Source: a virus
Lineage: Duplodnaviria; Caudoviricetes
Strand: one strand, 5' to 3'
IMG/VR virus record: IMGVR_UViG_3300035531_000094
Location: 1-53,758 of that record
DNA length: 53,758 nucleotides
Shown here: one piece after another, positions 24,851-36,800 of the stretch
How the letters are laid out: each line of letters starts with the position of its first letter
How positions within the stretch are numbered: the first letter of the stretch is position 1
Translations under genes and position numbers: made by a program
Notes under the pieces: model-generated
Databases searched by the model: none
Seen by the model: only the letters and a program-made list of their open reading frames with translations
Told to the model about the DNA's origin: nothing

Positions 24851-27800
24851 ATGCAAGACAACAATCAAAGCCAGTTTAGCACATTAGTTAAAGATTTGTA
24901 TTCTAAGTATAGTCCCGAAAAGGTTGATAAACTTGATGATGAAACGTTAAGCAACATCGAAAAAACCTATAACGGGGATTATAAGACCTTTGTGTCTGAT
25001 TATTACAAAAAGAACAGACCTGATAAGGTTGACCAATTGAATGATGAGACTTATGCTAATATTGCTAAGACTTACGGTTTTTCAGATGGTAATAAACAGT
25101 CCGGAACTTCCGGGCAACCACAAGGACAAAATGAGGGCACAAATGAAAAAAAGAAAAGTGGCTTTGGTCGAGAAATGTTGCTGCAATCAGCAAGTGGTTT
25201 GGGAGACCAGGTATACCGAGGTATCTTAAATATTCCCGATAATGCTTTAAGAATAGCTTCTGTTGCTACAAATCCAATTGCAAGGCTTATTGGGCTACCT
25301 GAATACAACCCCGGTGATATAAATAAGGTTACGGGAATTGAAAATATTGATGAGTATATAGCCAACGAAACAGAGAAATATCAAAAAGAGGTAAAAGAGA
25401 TAAACCCTCAGATTGAAGCTGGTGTTATGGACTCAATGAAAAAAGGAGATTGGAATACTGGGTTTAGAAACCTTGCCAGTGGTCTCGCACATTCTTCAAT
25501 GCCATCCCTTCTTATGATGGCTGCACCTATGGCTGGTGCTTCTGCCGGAGGACAGATTGCGGCTTCAACGGGTATGTTTGGCTCTGCCAGATTAAAAGAG
25601 CTTGACGAAACAATGCCAGAATTAAGCGAGGAGCAAAAACTTATTGCAGCTAATATCAACGGGGCATTAGAGGGTATATTTGAAACGTACTTTGGTTCTG
25701 GTGCTGTTGGTGAATCATTGGTCAAAAACATAATCAAGGAGCAGGGTGTAAAGGCAGGAAAGGAAACAGTTAAAAAAGGCATGCGCCAAATGTTTTCTGA
25801 TGCGCTTACCAAAAACCCTGCGTTAGCACCATTGGGAGAAATGTATGAGGAAATGGGTACGCAGGTGGCTCAGAACCTCACAGACAAACTTACAGGTGTT
25901 AATCCTGATATTGAAGTTACGGACGGTTTGTGGGATGCCGGGTTATTAGGTTTAGCTGGTGGTGCTACCCACGGAGGAGCAATTAAAGGGGCACAATATT
26001 TGTCACAGAAAGTAGGGAAAAAGAGGGCAGAAAGCCAAGCAAGACAGACCATCCAACAAAACCTTGCCCCCATCACCCACAAGGACGGAAACGTCCACCA
26101 AATTACCAACGAACAAGACGAAATGTTTTTTGTCGTTGATGAAACAGACGGTGGGATGCTCACTGTTAAAGATATTGCCGGTAATGAAAAGATTGTACCT
26201 GCTGATGAATTTCGTACACCTGAGGTTAAATCTGTTCAAGAGATAACAGAACAAGAACTCGCAGCATGGGAGCAGGAGTATACATTACAGGAACAAATGA
26301 AAGCCGAACAACAGGCTATTCAGGAGAAATATTCTAATGTGCCGGAGCAATGGGAAAAGGACGGTGTTACGTACCGTTTTGTCAATGACCCACAAAACAT
26401 AACACCTGATGGCAGTATAGTTGTAGAAGCTACCGACCAGATGGGGAATGTTACACCAAAAGAATTTACACAAGAGGAGATTAACAGCGTTATCCAAGAG
26501 CAAAAGGAAGCGGCACAGGCAGAGCAAGAAGAGGCTGCTAAATTACAAGAGGAACAGCAAGGCGAACAACCCGAGGAGCAGGAAGTAATAGAGAAACCAA
26601 AGCAGACTTTTAAGATTGACAATAAAGAGTTTGAAATGGAACAGGCAGAGGATGGTTCATTTATCCTCAATGCCGGGCAAAAAGACCTTAAGACCATTCA
26701 GGAAAACACCGATACGGACAATTTCGATGTTGAACTGATTACCGAGGACGTACCAGCTGACCCAAATGTACCTGCATTTGTAAAACAAAAGCCAAAGCAG
26801 AATGTTAAAGGGGTTAAAATAACACCAAAACAAAAGCAAAATGACACACCACCATCGAGCGAACAAAACACAATGCCACAATATCGCTATCTTGACAAAC
26901 AAATAAGCGACAAGAAAGCAAATGCTTTAATCGACATGGCAGAGAGTGTTGATGACCTGTATGGCTTTGAATTTGAGAATGACGAAAAACTGAGCAAAAA
27001 GATTGAAAAGAAATTTCCTGAGCTGAACCCGGCATATGAGGTAAACGGGCAAAAGGTTGACCGGGAATATGTCGAGAATGCCATTGAGTTTGCAAACACC
27101 CCCGAAAAGCTATCCAAAATAAACGTCAGGAATGACCAGGAGCTACAATCTTTGATAGAAGAGAAAGAAGCTGAGTTGCGTGTACCAAATGCAAAAGAAA
27201 CAAAAGAACGTGCCTTAAAAGCAGAGCCACGGACATTGCGCGAACTCTTGTTACAATACTTCGTGAATGGTGGACGGGTTAACACCAATGATGTCAAAAT
27301 GGACATTACAGGCAAATCTGTGAAAGAAAACCAAAGCAAGTTAGGCTTTGTCTCTAATAATGCACCTTCTATCGACCAATTACAGGAACGTTTGTTGCCG
27401 GGCACTGCTTTTGAGCAAGCGATGGACGACCCGACCAATTTCAGGAATGAAGTTATTGACGTATTGAGTTCTTATCAAGGCAGGGCAGGGATGCTTGAAG
27501 ATATCAGCGAACTTGGTATGACTGAAGATCAACGGTATGATGCGGATATGGCTAAATTCATGCCGGAGGTGAAAGTAGAACGTGTACAGGACGGTAATAA
27601 AGTGAAGTTTGTTTCAAACAACGACATGAACGGTGTTGAGGTTGATGCCAACGATTATAACGAAGTGGCACAGACAGAAACAACCCCGGAAGAGGAACAA
27701 TTTGCCGCTTTACTTCCTGACGAATATTACTTACCTTTACTTGAAAGTGAGGATAATGCCCCATCGATGCAAGATATCGAGGCATATGAACTTTTATATA

Positions 27801-30800
27801 ATCAACTTGAAAATGAAAGACAACAATCAGAAAACATTAACGCCAGAGAAGAAGGTGCAACTGTACCGGAAAATCAAGAAAATGGCGAAACTGGGACAAG
27901 TGCTCAGGAAGAACAGCCAGAAGAAGTAACCCCCCTCCTGCAACCACAGGAAACCACCGGTGAAAGTGAAGTAGCCGGTGGTACTTCTGAACAAGACAAG
28001 TATGAAAATTCCATTTTATACAAGGCGCGGAATGGTGACAAAGAGGCTCAACAGAGGATGCAGGATTATGGTTTAGAATGGGATGAAAATCCAGTTAAAC
28101 ATAGGCAGATAGGAGAAAAAGAAGCGGAAAAACTACTTAATGGAGAACAAATAAAGCCTGAGAGGAACGGTTCTTACGTAGATATAAGTGATTTTCCCGC
28201 ATACTGGGGACAGGACGCAAAATTTCCATATAAGGTAACATTCAAACAAAAGCCGGAATTCGACTCACAGAGAACTTCATCAATGGAGGGTGGAAGAGTT
28301 GAAGAAAAGAATAAACAAGCAGGAGAATATGGTCTGGTCGATGGATATACATTAGATGATGTTGCTGCCGTTGAAAAAATGAACGAGAATGGCGAATGGG
28401 AAGTGATATATGATTCAAAAAATACAACTTCTGAAAAACAAAACACTCAAGAGTTAACCGAATCCCAAACACAACAACCTAAAACAGAGCAAAAAAGCGA
28501 AAATCGCAAACGGGAGAGTTTACCAAATAATGAAACTTCATACAATGAAAATGAAGATTTGTTTACCAATATAGGGCGGGTTGTAAGTGAAAAAGAAAAA
28601 AAACAAGGTTCCAATAAAGGAATAAAAGAGACTATTAGGCATATGACCATTAATGGCGGTAAAGATGTTGGGATTGATAAAACATTAAAACATAAAGGTT
28701 ATATGTTTGCACAAACTAATCTACCACTCGGTGGTAGCAAAGATTATCAGACTCATGTATGGGATGGTAATAATTGGAAACGTATTGGCAATATAAAGTT
28801 ATTAAAAAAAGATATAGATAAAATTTATAAAAGGGCAATTGAAAGGGAATTAATTAAACCCTTTAATGAAAAAAACCGTAACTTAGCCCAAGATAATGAT
28901 GTACGCTATAAGAAAATATCAACCGAAACAGCCAGTGAAGATAATTCACCCGGACGGGAGCAGTCTGGAGTACAGGAACGGGACGTTCGTCCTGACCGAG
29001 CAACAAGCAATGTACCAAAACCCGGCACAATCAAAAGACAAGCATACGACCACGTTAAAAGACTTGTCGATAATCACCGAATCAAAGAATTTGATGCTGA
29101 ATACTTTGATAACCGTTTCGATGAATTAAACCGTAAATTTCCAAACAGAAATATCACAGGTATTGCAGACCTCATATATGAAGGCTTGCCTGATGTTGAT
29201 ATGTCTGATAATGGCGTGAGGTTCCGTAAAAACTCACCACAGGGTTTCTACTCAACCGTTGAAAATGCACTCGACAAAATAAACCAAGAAAAAGGGACAG
29301 TTGCACAGTTTGAGAAAATGCTCCTTAAGAATGGGGCAAAACAAACTGAACTCGACTGGATGAACTTTAAAGACCATTTTGCTGACACCGGGGAAAAGGT
29401 GACAAAACAGGATATTCAGGAATGGATTGACAATAATAGGATTGAGGTAGAGGAAGTAAAAAGAGAAAAGTATGAGCCACTCTCTGAAGAAGAAATTACT
29501 AATATAAAACAAAATATTGAAATTGAATCAGATATCGAAACCAGGGACCAATTTGGTATTGATGAACCAATTGAGCTTTGGGATAGATATTATCAAGGAC
29601 CCGTTGATGAAGAAACATTAAATAAAATTGCAGAAAAACAAGGGTACGAAGATTATGATGACTTATTTAATGCAATGGATTCATATTACGAAAATCTTGT
29701 ACAAGAAAAAATTAATAACTTAGAAAAAGGAGACGATACCAGATTTTCCCAATATCAGCTCCCTGGTGGAGAAAATTACAAAGAGTTTGTTTTGACAATG
29801 CCAGGACAGATTGAACCATACAAACCGGATAATCTTCATTTTACTGAAGAAGGAGGAGGAACAGCAGTAGCATGGGTAAGAGCTAAAGACTATAATTCAG
29901 ATAATGAAAAAGTGCTGTTTTTAGAAGAAGTCCAAAGTAAAAGGGCACAGGAAGGTAAGAAGAATGGGTTTAATAGCCTCGATGGTTATTCGCAAGAGCA
30001 AAAAGAACTCATAAAACTTGGTTTAAAATGGAATAATCAAAGAACGACAGAAGAAGAAAATAGGTTTAGAGAATTAGATGATAAATATCCAGACACATTC
30101 GATGAGTGGTTGGATAGAACCGGGGATATTCCCGACATGCCCTTCAAACAAACTCCACAATGGGTAAACCTTGCATTAAGACGCATGATGCGATATGCTG
30201 CAGAAAACGGTTATGACAGGATTGCATGGACACCCGGTGAAGTACAGGCTGATAGATATGATTTGAGCAAGCAAATTGAAAGTATCAGATATAGTAATGA
30301 TAAATACTTATCTGCATTTGATAAAAACGGCAATAAAGTTATTGATCAATTTGCAGAAGAACACCAATTGCCTGACATTATAGGGAAAGAAGCCACCGAC
30401 AAACTTTTATCACAAGATTCAGATAGTTTTGGAAGAGGATTGCAAAATGAAGACCTCAAAGTAGGCGGAGAAGGCATGAAAACCTTTTACGACAAAATCA
30501 TCCCCAATCAGTTCAAAAAGATAACCAAAAAATTTGACACAAAGGTTGAGCCCACTACCGTTGACCTGAATGGGGAGATAAACCTCGACCTTGCCACCGA
30601 TGCTATTTCTAATTTGCCATCAGACGGTCAACTTGAAGTGCTATCTATCCCTGTTACCGATAAAATGAGAGAATCGGTAATGGAAGGAATACCATTGTAT
30701 AAAAGGACGCAAAAGCCAAAAGAAATAAAGCCTGAAAACAGGGAAATAGCCGATGAATTGACAAAGACACAAATGCGGGCACCAAATGCCTTGCCGCTTG

Positions 30801-33800
30801 TCGTTGGTAACGATAAGGCTGAACTTGTACAAGCCATGGCTGAAAATGGTTCAAGCGTACAAGCTGTTAAGGCTGTTATGCAAGCAAGCCCGTTTAAAGC
30901 ATTTGTTGATATAAAGACAGGACATGTATATATTGACCTTTCGATGCTTAGAAGTAAAGATGATGCGCTTGCATCGTGGATACACGAAAACCAACACCGT
31001 GGAATCAGAAACCTTATCCCGGACAGTAATGAGCTAAACCAGTTTTTTGATACACTTTATGAATCAGTCAGGGAGCTTGCAAAAACCGACCCTATGTACA
31101 CCCGTGTGTTGAGTGAAGTTGAAAGGCTTTATGCCGGTGAATCAAAAAGGGTAAAAGCAGATGAGTTTTTTGCTCATTTAAGCGAGAAAGTTTTAAACAA
31201 AGAAGATTTAACACCACAAGAACGGACTATCTGGCAAAAATTAGTTGACGGTATACGTGATATATTATCTAAAATCTTTAACTTTGATGCTAAATTACTT
31301 AGCCATCAAGATATTGCAAGTATCATAAGGGCTTCAATGCAAACTAATTTTCAAGGCAATGATAGAGTATCATACAGTATGCAAAACGGTGGGAGAACTG
31401 AGGTTTCAAATGTTGCCGAAAATACCCAAAGACCATACAGAAGAGGTGGAAGTGCCTGGAATGTACCTGGACGGGAGCGCACCGGCGACATACTACATGA
31501 CAAAACCGGAGAAGAAGATGTATTTGAAGTTGCTGAACGAACAAAATATGAACCCACAAGACGCGATATTCGAAACAGACAAGAACTTGAACGGGCGTTC
31601 AATAGAGCAGATAATAAAAAATCTTTAAGAGAAATAAATCAAAAACCTCGAAAAGAGGACTACGACAATATCTTTGACTTTGCCGAGGCATTGGGTGAGT
31701 ATGAAAATAGCCAACGCTTTCGTTTTGTTGGCGAATGGGGCGCACACAACACCAAACAGGAAGCCAATGCAAACTATATGCTCAATCATCTTTCTCGTGC
31801 CAAAGAAATGGAAGAGGCGAAGAAAACCGCAAAAGAAATAAAAGAACTTACCGGTTGGGAGCGTGGTGCAGATGGTAAATGGAGATTTGAGCAAAAGGAT
31901 ATTGACTTTAATCCTGATATTCGCGACTTTATAGAAAAACAAAAAAGGTTATTCGACATTGAAAAATGGCACCCAAAGGAGAAGAAACTTGGCGACATTA
32001 TAGATGACAGTGACTTGTTTGCTGCTTATCCAGATTTAAAAGATGTTGATGTGCAGATAAGTGTTGATAGCCGAAATAAAGAAGGCGGTTCTTATCGTAC
32101 TATGGTTATTGGTGACCCACTTATAAAAGTTAGCTCTAAAACTTTTGATGGGGCAAAAAGCATACTGGCACACGAAATCCAACATTATATTCAAGGCATA
32201 GAGGGATTTGCTAAAGGTGGAAGCGAAAACATGGTAAAACAGGAATATACCGAGTTGCTATCTTCAATTGATATGTATAACGAATATCTGCAAAAGGCAA
32301 ACAAGGAAAGCAATAAAGAGTTGTATGATAAGTTGCTTCAAAAGAGACAGGAAAGGGTAAATCAACTGCAAAATATAAGAAAACACGGAGAACGACCTAT
32401 TGACTCTTACAGCCGTCTTGCAGGTGAAGTAGAATCCCGTAACGTACAGTCCCGGATGAACCTCACACCAGAAGAAAGGGCTAATAAACTTTACTCCGAA
32501 ACACAAGATGTTGCCAATGAAGACCAGATATTCATGTTTGATGGCATGGGTGTATCTGAATATTCGCCCACTCAAACCGACACCCCTGAATTTAAAAGAT
32601 GGTTTGGAAATAGCAAGGTGGTGGATGAAAACGGGGAGCCGCTTGTGGTTTATCACGGGACAAATAATAATTTTAATGAGTTTAATCCAACAAAGCAAAC
32701 TACGACAGCACATGGATATGGGTTTTATTTTGCAACAGATAAAAATGTAGCACAGGGCTATAAGCGAGGAGACACAGGTCAACTGATAGAGGCTTATCTA
32801 TCGATTAAAAAGCCCTTAGAAGCAAGTGCTCCAAGTTTTACAATTAATGAATTTAAACAAGTATTGTCCGAAGTGTTAAGACTAGAACTTGAGCAGTACG
32901 CTGATGAAATAGAATCTTACAAGGATTCTTTCTTATCGAATATTGTTGATACTTATTCTATGTCAGAAGAAGATGCAATACAAGAAGCTGTTGATACAAT
33001 ATACGATAAAGATGATCCAGCGATTGACCAAATAGCGGAAATGTCTAATATCGTAGGTGATAGGCAAACAACACAACAAGCCGTAAAAAACACTTTAGGA
33101 TATGACGGAATATTTGTTAAGGATTTCCAAGAAACAGATGGAGATGTTTTTATAGCGTGGTTCCCTACCCAAATAAAATCAGCTACCGGCAATTCAGGAG
33201 GCTTTGACCCTAACAACCCGGATATAAGGTTTAGGAAATACGCAAAAGCCCCTCAAACCGACACTCCCGAATTTAAAAGATGGTTTGGTGATAGTAAGAT
33301 TGTTGACGAAAATGGTAATCCAAGAGTAATGTACCATGCCACCAATCGCAATTTTGATTCATTCCGCAATGATGGCATTCTTTATTTCACCGATAATCCC
33401 GACTATGCCAATATGTATATCGTAGGTGGGGCAGCCAAAGGTGCACACTATGTTTCTGCAAAAGAAAAAGAGTTGGAAGAGCAAACAAGAGCAGGTGAAA
33501 GCATAATGCCTGTATTCCTTAAATCTGAAAAACCTTTTGATACCCGGATTCCTCAACACAAAGAAATATTCGACAATGAATATTTTATGAAATGGGGCAA
33601 TGGAACCCCTCTTGATAAGGAAAGAGGCTTGCCTGACTGGACAGAAGCCGATGACTTAAAGGAGTTTTTTGATGAAAATGGTTATAAATTTGATGGTGTG
33701 ATACTGGCAGATAGCCATGACAATATAACAACGGCAGTTTTCAGTCCTTCACAGGTAAAATCAGCCACAGGCAACCAAGGAACATTTGACCCTGGCAACC

Positions 33801-36800
33801 CGGATATAAGGTTTAGGAAAGATGATGATCAAATAAAAAACGAACTTGAAAGCGCCATTGATGAAATACATAAAGGAAAATCAAAGAAACATCTCAAAGA
33901 GGCTATTTATAATATCCGCCAAATGATACAGGATAAAGATATCCCTGTCCGTAATTTCTTGAAAGAAATAGCCGGGGGTGATAAAAATATAAAATCACAC
34001 CAGAACGCATACCGTGATATGACATTGGCTTATGGTCGTTCAGAGTATTTATTGAACGATCTTGAAGATAAACACATGAATCAGGTGGTAGAATCTGCCT
34101 CAAAGCTAAAAAAACACAAGGGTATAGATAACGAATCGGTAATGATTTACATGATAGCCAAACATGCCCCGGAAAGAAACCGAAAAATAAGGGAAGACAA
34201 AATAAAAGAATACATTAAGAATAACTCCGATGCTTCTGATGAGCAAATAGAAGCATTCCGTAACGGTGTTGAAAGCCGAGATTATTCAGGTATCCTTTCT
34301 GTTGATAAGTCTGGGGAGTATGAAGGGAGACCAGATGAATTTGCGGAAGTATTGTCAGCACAGTTCGAAGAGAAAATTGGCAATAAGAAGGAAATAAGCG
34401 ACTTTTGGAAAGCGATAAAAGGTGTAAGTAACTACACCCTTGAGAGATGGAAAGATGGCAATCAGATAACAAATGAGGGCTATGAATTAATGAAAAACGG
34501 TTATGATTATTATGTGCCATTAAAAGGCTGGTGGGATGATGCCTCTAAAGTGTATGATTACCATGGATCCGGAAGCGGCGCAGGCAAATCACTTAAAAAG
34601 GCAGGGGGGCGATTAACCCTTCCAGATAACCCTTTGGCTTATCTCGAACAACAAGCATTTAAATCAATAACTGAGCAGGTAGACAACGAGGTTTACCGCA
34701 CGATGTTAAACTTTGTTATTGGCAATATGAAAGGTAACGAAGACAGGGTTCAGGTTAAAAAGGTTTACTATGTACAAAAAGGTGATGGTAAATGGGATTA
34801 CACGCTTGAACGACCAGACAAAAAAATGTTTGAAAATGGCATGGCAGAGGAGAGACGATATACCGACCATTTCAGAATGAGAAAACCTGCACATGCAAAA
34901 CAGCATGAAGTTTGGGTAGATACAAAATATGGCACTTATGCAATGGTGTTTCCAAAAGATATTGAAGTAGCACACGCATTAAATCATAATAATACACTTA
35001 TTCGTGGACTGTTCGGTAAGAAAGAAGGAACCCCCATTGATCTTGAAAATATAAACCGTGGTTTTTCTGAAACTATTGGTAGAATAACAAACCTTCAAAA
35101 AGCACTTTATACATCTTGGAATATTGTTTTTCCGGTAAAAAATGTGATGCGTGATGCGCCAGAGGCAGCCTCGCATATTACTATTAAATATGGGCCCAAA
35201 ATGGCAGCTAATTTTATGGCCGAATATGGTAAGCCGGGAGCGGTGTTGCGATATTTATATAACAAGGATAAGTTCAACCCTAAATGGGATGAAAATGGAA
35301 ATCCTGTAAATGAAGATGGTTTTTATAATGATTTTATGTCCAACGGTGGTCAAACAGGTTTTACGCACCTGAAAGAGCCTGACCAACTAATGAAAGATAT
35401 TCATAATAGGATTAAAAAAGCAGGTACCAAATATCACAAAAAATCACTTACTGACAACCTCGAACGTTTTGCACAGATATTTGAGGATATGACCCGTTTT
35501 TCTGCTTACAAAGCCGGTGTTAAAAGTGGGATGACCAAAAAGGATGCTGCGGCTTTGGCAAAGGAGGTATCTGTAAACTTTAACCGTAAAGGTAAAATAA
35601 CTAAAACGTTTGATGCCATATATGCCTTTTTTAATGCAGCATTGCAAGCCGGTCAAAAGAATCTAAAACTTGCAAAAGACAATCCAAAGGCTTTTACAGC
35701 AGTATCGGCCGGATGGACATTGCTTGGTATAATGGTTACAGAAATGAACCGGGCAATGGATGACGATGACGATGAAGAATATGAAAGATTAAGCCCTTAT
35801 GTACGAATGAATTATTTGGTGTTCCCCATTGAAGGTGATAAATACTTTAGGTTGCCACTGCCACAGTTCTTCCGTGGTTTTTACGCCATGGGTTCAAATG
35901 TTAGCGACTTGGCTCATGGTAAAACAACTACCGGGGCTGCTATAGGTGATGGGTTGCTGAACTTTTTAAATGCGCTTTCACCGATTGACGTGAGCGGTTT
36001 TGTTGACAGCAACAGGGATTTTAGTTTAAGTCCATTAGTCCCAACAGCCGCCAGCCCAATTGTTGAGGCTTATGTTACAAATGAGAACTTTATGGGATAT
36101 CCGATATCAAAAGAGCCATTCACCCAACAGCTTGAAGATGTATTGGCGGATTCAAAACTGCATAAAAAAAATGTGAACCCAGCTATAAAATTCATTACTG
36201 ATAGTTTATTTGAACTCGGAGGGGGTGAAACCGACAGGAAGACATATCGCGACCCAAAAACAGGAGAACAGAAAAGGGTTCCCTATTTGATGGATATAAA
36301 CCCATCTAAAATAGAACACTTGATAAAATCATACACAGGTGGAACTGGTGCATTCGTGGCAGACCTCGGCACCACGCTAATAAATGCGACTAAAAATGAG
36401 TATGATATTGATGACATGCCATATGTAAACTCTTTCATCCGCAATTACCCTGCTAAGCATTGGGATATTATCGGGGATTATTACGATGAAAAGGAAAAAG
36501 ATTCTAAATGGACAGACCTTGCTAACTCTTACAAAAAGAAAGGTGACATGGAAGTTTATCTTGATATGACAAAAGATATAGACAAACTTGACAGGCATTA
36601 TACCTTAAAAATCATTGATAACAAAATATCCCTTCTTGACAACAGGAAAAAAGATGGATTGGTAGTGCCAGAGAAAGAGGTCGAAGCTAAAAAAGAAGAA
36701 TTGAGGTCGGCTAAAAGCCCGTGGGTAGACCTTGTAATGAGCGAGGAAGAATATTACAAAGCAAAAGCTGACACTATTATCAAGTACATGAAAACATTAA

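Noticed and set aside
25041-36598. Numerous short ORFs antisense to or overlapping the giant gene and other long CDSs
   Set aside because: They are shadow ORFs of long coding frames with no recognisable motifs.
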